DNA of 64,000 bases, taken from positions 9,176,001 through 9,240,000 of the forward strand of contig CATNEN010000003.1 in the NCBI GenBank assembly GCA_950097015.1, read 5' to 3'. The notes beneath the pieces were generated by a model that was not told where the DNA came from, searched no databases, and saw only the letters and a list, made by a program, of their open reading frames with translations. Shown one piece after another: positions 21,901-36,900 of the stretch. Made by a program: the position numbers and the translations under genes. This DNA comes from Macrostomum hystrix (lineage: Eukaryota > Animalia > Platyhelminthes). Each line of letters starts with the position of its first letter. Positions within the stretch are counted from its first letter, which is position 1.

Positions 21901-24900
21901 GGAATCTTTGAACCTAGGGATCTTTGAACCTAGGGATCTTTGAACCTAGGGATCTTTGAACCTTGGAATCTTTGAACCTAGGGATCTTTGAACCTTGGAA
22001 TCTTTGAACCTAGGGATCTTTGAACCTTGGAATCTTTGAACCTAGGGATCTTTGAACCTTGGGATCTTTGAACCTAGGGATCTTTGAACCTTGGAATCTT
22101 TGAACCTAGGGATCTTTGAACCTTGGAATCTTTGAACCTAGGGATCTTTGAACCTTGGAATCTTTGAACCTAGGGATCTTTGAACCTTGGAATCTTTGAA
22201 CCTAGGGATCTTTGAACCTTGGAATCTTTGAACCTAGGGATCTTTGAACCTTGGAATCTTTGAACCTAGGGATCTTTGAACCTTGGAATCTTTGAACCTA
22301 GGGATCTTTGAACCTTGGAATCTTTGAACCTAGGGATCTTTGAACCTTGGAATCTTTGAACCTAGGGATCTTTGATCCTTGGGATCTTTGATCCTTGGGA
22401 TCTTTGATCCTTGGGATCTTTGATCGGACAGGCAGGCAGAAGACTTAACAAATAAATAGAAATGCTGACACAATGTCATGTTGGTTATGGAAAGGGCAAT
22501 AAAATAAAATAATAGTTTTCAATGCAGCAGAAAGCCAATTCACATTTGGCCTGAGCTAGCTGATACTGATCCATATGCATGTCAATTTTTTATTGTTATT
22601 GTTCTGAAGACCTAAATATTCTACAAAGCACCCTAGACCAGCATTGTTAAATTTAACGGCCAGCCCCAAATCCACAAGTGTCTCATATTAAAAAAGGCAA
22701 AGCTAAGCGCTAGGCGCACGGCAAGCCCAGAGCAAAGCAATATTTAAAACACATTGAAGCCATTGCAGTCCGTTTTTGTTCGCGTTTTCAATTGTCTTTG
22801 AGGTCTGTTTTTTGACAAAGCCGTATTTTTTCTTTTGGCCTTAGTCACGATACGCTCTATTCATTATCCTCATCTAAAGGTAGATAGGAGAGAGGAAGGT
22901 AGGAGAGAGGTAGGTAGGGGTAGATAGGAGAAAGGTAATAGGAGAGAGGAAGGTAGGAGAGAGGTAGGTAGGGGTAGATAGGAGAGAGGTAGGTAGGAGA
23001 GAGGTAGGTAGGGGTAGATAGAAGAGAGGTAGGTAGGAGAGAGGTAGGTAGGGGTAGATAGAAGAGAGGTAGGTAGGAGAGAGGTAGGTAGGGGTAGATA
23101 GAAGAGAGGTAGGTAGGAGAGAGGTAGGTAGGGGTAGATAGGAGAAAGGTAGATAGGAGAGAGGTAGGTAGGAGAGAGGTAGATGGGGAAGAGAGGTAGA
23201 TAGGAGAGAGATAGATATGAGAGAGGTAGAGGAGAGAGGTAGGTAGGAGAGAGGTAGATAGGAGAGAGGTAGATGCAGGGAAGAGAGGTAGATATGAGAG
23301 AGGTAGATAGGAGAGAGGTAGATATGAGAGAGCTAGATAGGAGAGAGGTAGATAGGAGAGAGGTAGATGGGGAAGAGAGGTAGATAGGAGAGAGGTAGAT
23401 GAGGAAGAGAGGTAGATAGGAGAGAGATAGATATGAGAGAGGTAGAGGAGAGAGGTAGGTAGGAGAGATTTAGTCAACAGCATACCTGGAAGATGCACGT
23501 AATCACACGCAGGCATCTCACCTGCAAGTAGATGAAGCTGTAGATGCTGACCCTACAGGGGAAGGCTATGATTGGGAAGCTGACAGCCACGGACAGGACA
23601 AAGCCCAGTTTGATGAGGTCGCTGGCAGCGGTGGAAGGGTACATTGTCATGAGGTCGCCATGGATCACCGGGTTAGAGCTGAAAGCCACATAGCCGAGAG
23701 TGCCAATCTAGAAAGAATAGGAACAAAGGTGAATTGTTTTATTTATTTAGTTTTAGTTTAACTTTGGCGATGAGCAATTGTGAAGGGAGAGGAAAGGGAA
23801 GGAGAGGATAGGGAAGGAGAGAACAGGGAAGGAGAGGATAGGGAAGGAGAGGACAGGGAAGGAGAGGACAGGGAAGGAGAGGATAGGGAAGGAGAGAACA
23901 GGGAAGGAGAGAACAGGGAAGGAGAGGACAGGGAAGGAGAGAACAGGGAAGGAGAGGACAGGGAAGGAGAGGACAGGGAAGGAGAGGACAGGGAAGAAGA
24001 GGACAGGGAAGGAGAGAACAGGGAAGAAGAGGACAGGGAAGGAGAGAACAGGGAAGGAGAGAACAGGGAAGGAGAGGATAGGGAAGGAGAGAACAGGGAA
24101 GAAGAGGACAGGGAAGGAGAGAACAGGGAAGAAGAGGACAGGGAAGGAGAGAACAGGGAAGGAGAGAACAGGGAAGGAGAGAACAGGGAAGGAGAGGACA
24201 GGGAAGGAGAGGATAGGGAAGGAGAGGACAGGGAAGGAGAGGACAGGGAAGGAGAGAACAGGGAAGGAGAGGACAGGGAAGGAGAGAACTGGGAAGGAGA
24301 GGACAGGGAAGGAGAGAACTGGGAAGGAGAGGACAGGGAAGGAGAGGACAGGGAAGGAGAGAACAGGAAAGGAGAGAACAGGGAAGGAGAGGACAGGGAA
24401 GGAGAGGACAGGGAAGGAGAGAACAGGGAAGGAGAGAACAGGGAAGGAGAGGACAGGGAAGGAGAGAACAGGGAAGGAGAGGACAGGGAAGGAGAGGACA
24501 GGGAAGGAGAGGACAGGGAAGGAGAGAACAGGGAAGGATAGGGTAGGGAAGGAGAGAACTGGGAAGGAGAGAACAGGGAAGGAGAGGACAGGGAAGGAGA
24601 GAACAGGGAAGGATAGGGTAGGGAAGGAGAGAACAGGGAAGGAGAGAACTGGGAAGGAGAGGACAGGGAAGGAGAGAACAGGGAAGGAGAGAACAGGGAA
24701 GGAGAGGACAGGGAAGGAGAGGACAGGGAAGGAGAGGACAGGGAAGGAGAGAACAGGGAAGGAGAGAACAGGGAAGGAGAGAACAGGGAAGGAGAGAACA
24801 GGGAAGGAGAGAACAGGGAAGGAGAGGACAGGGAAGGAGAGAACAGGGAAGGATAGGGTAGGGAAGGAGAGAACAGGGAAGGAGAGAACTGGGAAGGAGA

Positions 24901-27900
24901 GGACAGGGAAGGAGAGAACAGGGAAGGAGAGAACAGGGAAGGAGAGGACAGGGAAGGAGAGGACAGGGAAGGAGAGGACAGGGAAGGAGAGAACAGGGAA
25001 GGATAGGGTAGGGAAGGAGAGAACAGGGAAGGAGAGAACAGGGAAGGAGAGAACAGGGAAGGAGAGGACAGGGAAGGAGAGGACAGGGAAGGAGAGAACA
25101 GGGAAGGAGAGAACAGGGAAGGAGAGGACAGGGAAGGAGAGAACAGGGAAGGAGAGGACAGGGAAGGAGAGGACAGGGAAGGAGAGAACAGGGAAGGATA
25201 GGGTAGGGAAGGAGAGAACTGGGAAGGAGAGAACAGGGAAGGAGAGGACAGGGAAGGAGAGAACAGGGAAGGAGAGAACAGGGAAGGAGAGGACAGGGAA
25301 GGAGAGAACAGGGAAGGAGAGGACAGGGAAGGAGAGGACAGGGAAGGAGAGAACAGGGAAGGATAGGGTAGGGAAGGAGAGAACTGGGAAGGAGAGAACA
25401 GGGAAGGAGAGGACAGGGAAGGAGAGAACAGGGAAGGAGAGAACAGGGAAGGAGAGGACAGGGAAGGAGAGAACAGGGAAGGAGAGAACAGGGAAGGAGA
25501 GGACAGGGAAGGAGAGAACAGGGAAGGAGAGGACAGGGAAGGAGAGGACAGGGAAGGAGAGAACAGGGAAGGATAGGGTAGGGAAGGAGAGAACTGGGAA
25601 GGAGAGAACAGGGAAGGAGAGGACAGGGAAGGAGAGAACAGGGAAGGATAGGGTAGGGAAGGAGAGAACAGGGAAGGAGAGGACAGGGAAGGAGAGGATA
25701 GGGAAGGAGAGGATAGGGAAGGAGAGGACAGGGAAGGAGAGGACAGGGAACCAGAGGAAAGAGATGGAAAGGATGTGGGAAGGTGAATGAAGAACAGAGA
25801 AAGAGTCTCCAAGCCAGCCTGAGTATTTGAGTGAAGCTTACAGATCTGTCACACACACACACACACACACACACAAAGCACAGAGTGCAAAGCAAGGCAA
25901 AACTAAATCAAAGTACAAATTGAACTCTGAAAACAGGCTCCAGTTAAGCTTATTTGCGAGCTTAGTACCTAAGCTTGCGATGCCTAATGGGCGTGCAGTG
26001 CAGTCACTCACGGCTTAGGCCTTAGGGTCTATTTTATGGGGACACAATTTTTTTGTGATTCGTTCTCCTAAAAGTAACCACCCACCTCACACACGGGTCC
26101 GGGGACACGCGAGTAAGTCATGTTCTCTAAGCCTGTAGCTATATTTGGCTTCAGTAGGAAGCCATTAACAATTCAGCAGTTTATTTTAGTCACAATTTTT
26201 CATTAAAAAATACTGAATCGCAATAAGTGCACGGATAGACTTCCATAGATGCATTGCACCAATTGTCTATTACTAATTCACAAATTGCCTTATTCAGTTG
26301 CTACTAATGCTATTCTCCCACCCACCTTGACTAGCATCTACTTCCACTGCAGTCCTGTTACTCTGTTTCACAAGCGTTCTCTCTGCCAGTCTCTATCTAC
26401 CTGCCAGTCTCTATCTACCTGCCAGTCTCTATCTACCTGCCAGTCTCTATCTATCTACCTGCCAATCTCTATCTACCTGCTATTCTTTATCTACCTGCCA
26501 GTCTCTATCTACCTGCCAGTCTCTATCTACCTGCCAGTCTCTATCTACCTGCCAGTCTCTATCTATCTACCTGCCAGTCTCTATCTACCTGCCAGTCTCT
26601 ATCTATCTACCTGCCAGTCTCTATCTACCTGCCAGTCTCTATCTACCTACCAGTCTCTATCTATCTACCTGCCAGTCTCTATCTACCTGCCAGTCTCTAT
26701 CTATCTACCTGCCAGTCTCTATCGATCTACCTGCCAGTCTCTATCTATCTACCTGCCAGTCTCTATCTACCTGCCAGTCTCTATCTACCTACCTGCCAGT
26801 CTCTATCGATCTACCTGCCAGTCTCTATCTATCTACTTGCCAGTCTCTATCTACCTGCCAGTCTCTATCTACCTACTAATCTCTATCTATCTACCTGCCA
26901 GTCTCTATCTACCTGCCAGTCTCTATCTATCTACCTGCCAGTCTCTATCGATCTACCTGCCAGTCTCTATCTACCTGCCAGTCTCTATCTATCTACCTGC
27001 CAATCTCTATCTACCTGCTATTCTTTATCTACCTGCCAGTCTCTATCTACCTGCCAGTCTCTATCTACCTGCCAGTCTCTATCTACCTGCCAGTCTCTAT
27101 CTATCTACCTGCCAGTCTCTATCTACCTGCCAGTCTCTATCTATCTACCTGCCAGTCTCTATCTACCTGCCAGTCTCTATCTACCTGCCAGTCTCTATCT
27201 ACCTACTAGTCTCTATCTATCTACCTGCCAGTCTCTATCTACCTGCCAGTCTCTATCTATCTACCTGCCAGTCTCTATCTACCTGCCAGTCTCTATCTAC
27301 CTGCCAGTCTCTATCTACCTGCCAGTCTCTATCTATCTACCTGCCAGTCTCTATCTATCTACCTGCCAGTCTCTATCTACCTGCCAGTCTCTATCTACCT
27401 GCCAGTCTCTATCTACCTGCCAGACTCTATCTACCTGCCAGTCTCTATCTATCTACCTGCCAGTCTCTATCTACCTGCCAGTCTCTATCTACCTGCCAGT
27501 CTCTATCTACCTGCCAGTCTCTATCTATCTACCTGCCAGTCTCTATCGATCTACCTGCCAGTCTCTATCTACCTGCCAGTCTCTATCTACCTGCCAGTCT
27601 CTATCTACCTGCCAGTCTCTATCTACCTGCCAGACTCTATCTACCTGCCAGTCTCTATCTATCTACCTGCCAGTCTCTATCTACCTGCCAGTCTCTATCT
27701 ACCTGCCAGTCTCTATCTACCTGCCAGTCTCTATCTATCTACCTGCCAGTCTCTATCTACCTGCCAGTCTCTATCTACCTGCCAGTCTCTATCTACCTGT
27801 CAGCCTCTATCTACATGCCTGCATCTCTATATCTACCTGTCTGTCTCTAACTACCTGCCTGTCTCCATTTACTTGGCTATCTCTATCTACCTGCCAGTAT

Positions 27901-30900
27901 CTATCTTCTTGCCTGTCTCTATCTATCTAACAGGGCTGTGGCACAGGCAACGCCAACCAAGCCAGGTGTAATTTCCATCCATCTATCTACCACTGGATCT
28001 ACTCACCAGAATGTAGAAGCCGCAGCAGCCGAGAATTGACAGATTAAGAATTCTTCGCATCACCTTTATGCTGGGATCACGCAGCGAGTCGCACAATAGG
28101 AACAGCTGGCTGCATAACGGGAGAACGAGAGTTAGAAGTGATAAATTTTTACGGGTCGCAGTTAATATAGTCCCAAAGAAATAGTCCTAATGTCAAGTAC
28201 ATGTACTATACACAAGCGCCATAATCCTGATTTCCGATTGAAAAATTCCATAATTCTAAGAGTAGTTTTTTAATCCCAAAAATTCGAGTACTAATTTTCA
28301 AATCAGATAATAAAACCTAAATAAATAAAACATCCCACATTCCAAGCAATGACTCATAAATCCCATTCCCCAGCAATGACTGATAAATCCCATTCCCCAG
28401 CAATGACTCATAAATCCCATTCCCCAGCAATGAATCATAAATCCCATTCCCCAGCAATGAATCATAAATCCCATTCCCCAGCAATGACTCATAAATCCTA
28501 TTCTCCCAGCAATGAATCATAAATCCTATTCCCCAGCAATGAATCATAAATCCTATTCTTCCAGCAATGAATCATAAATCCTATTCTCCCAGCAATGAAT
28601 CATAAATCCTATTCCCCAGCAATGAATCATAAATCCTATTCTCCCAGCAATGAATCATAAATCCTATTCTCCCAGCAATGAATCATAAATCCTATTCTCC
28701 CAGCAATGAATCATAAATCCTATTCTCCAAGCAATGAATCATAAATCCTATTCTCCCAGCAATGAATCATAAATCCTATTCCCCAGCAATGAATCATAAA
28801 TCCTAATCCTATTCTTCCAGCAATGAATCATAAATCCTATTCTCCCAGCAATGAATCATAAATCCTATTCTCCCAGCAATGAATCATAAATCCTATTCTC
28901 CCAGCAATGAATCATAAATCCTATTCTCCCAGCAATGAATCATAAATCCTATTCTCCCAGCAATGAATCATAAATCCTATTCTCCCAGCAATGAATCATA
29001 AATCCTATTCTTCCAGCAATGAATCATAAATCCTATTCTTCCAGCAATGAATCATAAATCCTATTCTCCCAGCAATGAATCATAAATCCTATTCTCCCAG
29101 CAATGAATCATAAATCCTATTCTCCCAGCAATGAATCATAAATCCTATTCTCCCAGCAATGAATCATAAATCCTATTCTCCCAGCAATGAATCATAAATC
29201 CTATTCTCCCAGCAATGAATCATAAATCCTATTCTTCCAGCAATGACTCATAAATCCTATTCTCCCAGCAATGAATCATAAATCCTATTTCCCAGCAATG
29301 AATCATAAATCCCATTCCCCAGCAATATATCATAAATCCTATTCTCCCAGCAATGAATCATAAATCCCATTCCCCAGCAATGAATCATAAATCCCATTCC
29401 CCAGCAATGAATCATAAATCCTATTCTCCCAGCAATGAATCATAAATCCTATTCTTTCAAACAATGACTCAGAAATCCCATTCCCCCAGCTTTGACTTAA
29501 AAATCCCATTGTCCTAGCAATGACAAAAAATCTCACAAAGATGAGCGAGAAATTTGACAATCCGAACTATAATTAAGAAATCCAAAATAGTATTCACAAA
29601 TCCCATAAAATAGACAACTTCACTGTTTTCTAAGAATCAAACTCACGTCTGACAGGTGAATGCCAAACTAAATATAGGCAGGCAGGTGAGCAATCCGTCA
29701 ATGCGAAACAGTCTGTAGGGCTGGGCCGGCGACTGGCCGAGGTTTAACGCGCCCGCCGAGTTGCCGACACCGAAGACCGTCAGGTAGATGAGCTAGTTTG
29801 ATGGGAGAATTGGGAAAGCGCTTTCGGATATTTTCTACATCTCGGCTAATCTCACCCTAATGATCACAGATCAAGCTAATCTCACCCTAATGATCACAGA
29901 TCAAGCTAATCTCACCCTAATGATCACAGATCAAGCTAACCTCACCCTAATGATCACAGATCAAGCTAATCTCACCCTAATGATCACAGATCAAGCTAAT
30001 CTCACCCTAATGATCACAGATCAAGCTAATCTCACCCTAATGATCACAGATCAAGCTAATCTAACCCTAATGATCACAGATCAAGCTAATCTCACTCTAA
30101 TGATCACAGATCAAGCTAATCTAACCCTAATGATCACAGATCAAGCTAATCTCACTCTAATGATCACAGATCAAGCTAATCTAACCCTAATGATCACAGA
30201 TCAAGCTAATCTAACCCTAATGATCACAGATCAAGCTAATCTCACTCTAATGATCACAGATCAAGCTAACCTCACTCTAATGATCACAGATCAAGCTAAT
30301 CTAACCCTAATGATCACAGATCAAGCTAATCTAACCCTAATGATCACAGATCAAGCTAATCTCACTCTAATGATCACAGATCAAGCTAACCTCACTCTAA
30401 TGATCACAGATCAAGCTAATCTAACCCTAATGATCACAGATCAAGCTAATCTAACCCTAATGATCACAGATCAAGCTAATCTCACCCTAATGATCACAGA
30501 TCAAGCTAATCTCACCCTAATGATCTCAGGATAATCTCACCCTAATAATCTCAGGATAATTTCACCCAGATAATCTCACCCCGATAATCTCAGGTAAGTT
30601 ACACTTTATTAAATGTCAGATAAATCTCACATTATAACTCTCATAAGGATCTCACCCTAACCCTGATAAGTTGATCTAACCCTCACTTAAATGGGCGGTC
30701 GGTGGCAGAGCGGTTAATGCGTTTGCATCTCGCATCAAGGTCCCTGAGCTCGATTCCGCGGCGAGGCCACATCCATTTGGCTTTTCGTGTAATGTACTTC
30801 TAAGGCACAGTGAGAGTGTACACTGCCTGACGATGAGAAAGTGAGGGCAGATGTACACACCTGCATGGTCGTTAAATGAAGTGCCAGTGTCCACAGCCCT

Positions 30901-33900
30901 TTTAACTATCGCTACAAGAACGTTATCTCAATTTCATTTATAATTAGTTAGAAAAATACTGTTGCAAATTTCATCCACGCACTTTGGCTTTGAGCTTGGA
31001 GAAAAAAAGCATAATGACCTTTATAAAGCACTAATTGCCAACAAAGATGCAAGCGACGATTACAAGGCCCGGTGACATGCAATTACGGAGATTAATAGCT
31101 TGTACGGTATTAACTTATCACTACTGAAGTTTTGATGTGACTTAGATAATTAAGTAATTACAGGTTTACGGGCAAAGATAAGGCAGTTTTCTATTTAACA
31201 AATGTGCCGCATTTTACGCTAAGACACTAATTCTATACTTGTTTGATATTTAGTTCCAAATATCCAGTACCAGATAAATACTATCTTAAAACAGCTTTTC
31301 AAAGCTTTTTGTCGAATATCTTTAGTTGCATCTATTGAAATAACTAGACCTTGTTTGACTTATCCAATGACAAACGACAGACACAAGATTGGCAGCTAAA
31401 TTTTGTCTGCCCCACTAGTTTAAAAGTACATTGCCTAGTCAATATTGTGGCTTTAATAAAGAAGAATAAAGAGATATTTTTTAACAATTTTTGACTGTAC
31501 TTTCATTCTAGATTAATCTGAAATGCAATCTAGCCAACTAATTCTCACTTACCTGAGCCTACGTCTCAATCTACTAGAATCTAACTCTCACCCTACCGGA
31601 ATCTACATCTAGCCCTACAAGAATCTACTTCTCACCCTACCGGAATCTACTTCTCCCGCTAACAGAACCTACTTCTCACTCTACCGGAATCTACTTCTCA
31701 CTACCGGAATATACTTCTCACTCTACTCGAATCTACTTCTCACTCTACCGGAATCTACTTCTCACCCTTCCGGAATCTAATTCTCACTCTACCGGAATCT
31801 ACTTCTCACTCTACCGGAATCTACTTCTCACTCTACCGGAATCTACTTCTCACTCTACCGGAATCTACTTCTCACTCTACCGGAATCTACTTCTCACCCT
31901 ACCGGAATCTACTTCTCACTCTACCGGAATCTACTTCTCACTCTACCGGAATCTACTTCTCACTCTACCGGAATCTACTTCTCACCCTTCTGGAATCTAC
32001 TTCTCACTCTACCGGAATCTACTTCTCACTCATACCGGAATCTACTTCTCACCCTTCTGGAATCTACTTCTCACTCATACCGGAATCTACTTCTCACTCT
32101 ACTTCTTACCCAGAGAGGCTACTCACGTGCAGCATAAAAATTGCGTAGAAGGCCAGAGAAACCGCGCTAATTTTAGACAGAGCTGACGGATTGCGCATCA
32201 GTGACAACGGCAGTATGACGCAGAGGCCGATGGTTGTCATGACAACCGTCCGGCTAGCCGGCGATTCGGCAACAACTGGCGGCAGTCGCAGCAGCGAGGC
32301 CAACACCTGGGGACTGAGGTCGCCGATGATGACAAAGAAGGCCACGAGGGTGCCGATGGACAGGCCGATCAGGCTAAACTCAACCGTCAGCTTGCCCAAC
32401 GGGCCGTAGACTTGGTGAGCCAGGAATTCGTAACTGCGCCGTTTAGTTGCTAGGGCGGATTTGAGCAGCATGCGGCACGACTGTACAGTTGCTAGGCCGG
32501 ACAGGGCCAGCATCAGGGTAGCTAGGACAAAGCCGCACTGCGCGATAGATAATAATATAAAGGGGAGAATAAAGACGATTGGAAATTTGGAAACTAGAAT
32601 CGGGGCTTAATAAGGCACTCGAAACGTTCTCGAACAGACACTGCAATCTCTGCTCAAAGTGGCACTAATATCTTTCTTTAAAGTGACACTTTGCACCGTA
32701 GACTCAAAACTATTTAAAAGTGACAAAAAACTTTTTCAAAATGGCACTTAGAACAGTTAAAATGGCATCAGATGCCATTAGTCGCTATCAAAGTGGCACT
32801 ATAATAGTCAGTATCAAAGTGGCACTATAATAGCCAGTATCAAAGTGGCACTATAATAGTCAGTATCAAAGTGGCACTATAATAGTCTGTAACAAAGTGG
32901 CACTATAATAGTCTGTATCAAAATGGCACTATAATAGTCAGTATCAAAGTGGCACTATAATAGTCTGTATCAAAGTGGCACTATAATAGCCAGTAACAAA
33001 GTGGCACTATAATAGTCAGTATCAAAGTGGCACTATAATAGTCAGTATCAAAGTGGCACTATAATAGTCAGTATCAAAGTGGCACTATAATAGTCAGTAT
33101 CAAAGTGGCACTATAATAGTCAGTATCAAAGTGGCACTATAATAGTCAGTATCAAAGTGGCACTATAATAGTCAGTATCAAAGTGGCACTATAATAGTCA
33201 GTATCAAAGTGGCACTATAATAGCCAGTATCAAAGTGGCACTATAATAGTCAGTATCAAAGTGGCACTATAATAGTCAGTATCAAAGTGGCACTATAATA
33301 GTCAGTATCAAAGTGGCACTATAATAGTCAGTATCAAAGTGGCACTATAATAGTCAGCATCAAAGTGGCACTATAATAGTCAGTATCAAAGTGGCACTAT
33401 AATAGTCAGCATCAAAGTGGCACTATAATAGTCAGTATCAAAGTGGCACTATAATAGTCAGTATCAAAGTGGCACTATAATAGTCAGTATCAAAGTGGCT
33501 CTATAATAGTCAGTATCAAAGTGGCACTATAATAGTCAGTATCAAAGTGGCACTATAATAGTCAGTATCAAAGTGGCTCTATAATAGTCAGTATCAAAGT
33601 GGCACTATAATAGTCAGTATCAAAGTGGCACTATAATAGTCAGTATCAAAGTGGCTCTATAATAGTCAGTATCAAAGTGGCACTATAATAGTCAGTATCA
33701 AAGTGGCTCTATAATAGTCAGTATCAAAGTGGCACTATAATAGTCAGTATCAAAGTGGCACTATAATAGTCAGTATCAAAGTGGCACTATAATAGTCAGC
33801 ATCAAAGTGGCACTATAATAGTCAGTATCAAAGTGGCACGCACTATAATAGTCAGTATCAAAGTGGCACTATAATAGTCAGTATCAAAGTGGCTCTATAA

Positions 33901-36900
33901 TAGTCAGTATCAAAGTGGCACTATAATAGTCAGTATCAAAGTGGCACTATAATAGTCAGTATCAAAGTGGCACTATAATAGTCAGTATCAAAGTGGCACT
34001 ATAATAGTCAGCATCAAAGTGGCACTATAATAGTCAGTATCAAAGTGGCACTATAATAGTCAGTATCAAAGTGGCACTATAATAGTCAGCATCAAAGTGG
34101 CACTATAATAGTCAGTATCAAAGTGGCACTATAATAGTCAGTATCAAAGTGGCACTATAATAGTCAGTATCAAAGTGGCTCTATAATAGTCAGTAACAAA
34201 GTGGCACTATAATAGTCAATATCAAAGTGGCACTATAATAGTCAGTATCAAAGTGGCACTATAATAGTCAGTATCAAAGTGGCACTATAATAGTCAGTAT
34301 CAAAGTGGCACTATAATAGTCAGTATCAAAGTGGCACTATAATAGTCAGTATCAAAGTGGCACTATAATAGTCAGTATCAAAGTGGCACTATAATAGTCA
34401 GTATCAAAGTGGCACTATAATAGTCAGTATCAAAGTGGCACTATAATAGTCAGTATCAAAGTGGCACTATAATAGTCAGTATCAAAGTGGCACTATAATA
34501 GTCAGTATCAAAGTGGCACTATAATAGTCAGTATCAAAGTGGCACTATAATAGTCAGTATCAAAGTGGCACTATAATAGTCAGTATCAAAGTGGCACTAT
34601 AATAGTCAGTATCAAAGTGGCTCTATAATAGTCAGTATCAAAGTGGCACTATAATAGTCAGTATCAAAGTGGCTCTATAATAGTCAGTATCAAAGTGGCA
34701 CTATAATAGTCAGTATCAAAGTGGCACTATAATAGTCAGTATCAAAGTGGCTCTATAATAGTCAGTATCAAAGTGGCACTATAATAGTCAGTATCAAAGT
34801 GGCACTATAATAGTCAGTATCAAAGTGGCTCTATAATAGTCAGTATCAAAGTGGCACGCACTATAATAGTCAGTATCAAAGTGGCACTATAATAGTCAGT
34901 ATCAAAGTGGCACTATAATAGTCAGTATCAAAGTGGCACTATAATAGTCAGTAATCAAAGTGGCACTATAATAGTCAAGTATCAAAGTGGCACTATAATA
35001 GTCAGTATCAAAGTGGCACTATAATAGTCAGTATCAAAGTGGCTCTATAATAGTCAGTATCAAAGTGGCACTATAATAGTCAGTATCAAAGTGGCACTAT
35101 AATAGTCAGTATCAAAGTGGCACTATAATAGTCAGTATCAAAGTGGCACTATAATAGTCAGTATCAAAGTGGAACTATAATAGCCAGTAACAAAGTGGCA
35201 CTATAATAGTCAGTATCAAAGTGGCACTATAATAGTCAGTATCAAAGTGGCACTATAATAGTCAGTATCAAAGTGGCTCTATAATAGTCAGTATCAAAGT
35301 GGCACTATAATAGTCAGTATCAAAGTGGCTCTATAATAGTCAGTATCAAAGTGGCACTATAATAGTCAGTATCAAAGTGGCACTATAATAGTCAGTATCA
35401 AAGTGGCTCTATAATAGTCAGTATCAAAGTGGCACTATAATAGTCAGTAACAAAGTGGCACTATAATAGTCAGTATCAAAGTGGCACTATAATAGTCAGT
35501 ATCAAAGTGGCACTATAATAGTCAGTATCAAAGTGGCACTATAATAGTCAGTATCAAAGTGGAACTATAATAGCCAGTAACAAAGTGGCACTATAATAGT
35601 CAGTATCAAAGTGGCACTATAATAGTCAGTATCAAAGTGGCACTATAATAGTCAGTATCAAAGTGGCTCTATAATAGTCAGTATCAAAGTGGCACTATAA
35701 TAGTCAGTATCAAAGTGGCTCTATAATAGTCAGTATCAAAGTGGCACTATAATAGTCAGTATCAAAGTGGCACTATAATAGTCAGTATCAAAGTGGCTCT
35801 ATAATAGTCAGTATCAAAGTGGCACGCACTATAATAGTCAGTATCAAAGTGGCACTATAATAGTCAGTATCAAAGTGGCTCTATAATAGTCAGTATCAAA
35901 GTGGCACTATAATAGTCAGTATCAAAGTGGCTCTATAATAGTCAGTATCAAAGTGGCACTATAATAGTCAGTATCAAAGTGGCACTATAATAGTCAGTAT
36001 CAAAGTGGCTCTATAATAGTCAGTATCAAAGTGGCTCTATAATAGTCAGTATCAAAGTGGCACTATAATAGTCAGTATCAAAGTGGCACTATAATAGTCA
36101 GTATCAAAGTGGCTCTATAATAGTCAGTATCAAAGTGGCTCTATAATAGTCAGTATCAAAGTGGCACTATAATAGTCAGTATCAAAGTGGCACTATAATA
36201 GTCAGTATCAAAGTGGCACTATAATAGTCAGTATCAAAGTGGCTCTATAATAGTCAGTATCAAAGTGGCACTATAATAGTCAGTAACAAAGTGGCACTAT
36301 AATAGTCAGTAACAAAGTGGCACTATAATAGTCTGTATCAAAGTGGCACTATAATAGTCAGTATCAAAGTGGCTCTATAATAGTCAGTATCAAAGTGGCA
36401 CTATAATAGTCTGTAACAAAGTGGCACTATAATAGTCAGTATCAAAGTGGCACTATAATAGTCAGTATCAAAGTGGCACTATAATAGTCAGTAACAAAGT
36501 GGCACTATAATAGTCAGTATCAAAGTGGCACTATAATAGTCAGTATCAAAGTGGCACTATAATAGTCAGTATCAAAGTGGCACTATAATAGTCAGTATCA
36601 AAGTGGCACTATAATAGTCAGTATCAAAGTGGCACTATAATAGTCAGTATCAAAGTGGCTCTATAATAGTCAGTATCAAAGTGGCACTATAATAGTCAGT
36701 ATCAAAGTGGCACTATAATAGTCAGTATCAAAGTGGCTCTATAATAGTCAGTATCAAAGTGGCACTATAATAGTCAGTATCAAAGTGGCTCTATAATAGT
36801 CAGTATCAAAGTGGCACTATAATAGTCAGTATCAAAGTGGCACTATAATAGTCAGTAACAAAGTGGCACTATAATAGTCAGTATCAAAGTGGCTCTATAA

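Noticed and set aside
22857-30534. Long ORFs such as 23739-25895, 23758-25812, 26249-27850 and 29860-30534 ([10 protein letters not shown] repeat)
   Set aside because: These are stop-free translations of intronic minisatellites lying between SLC38A10 exons, with no independent coding evidence.
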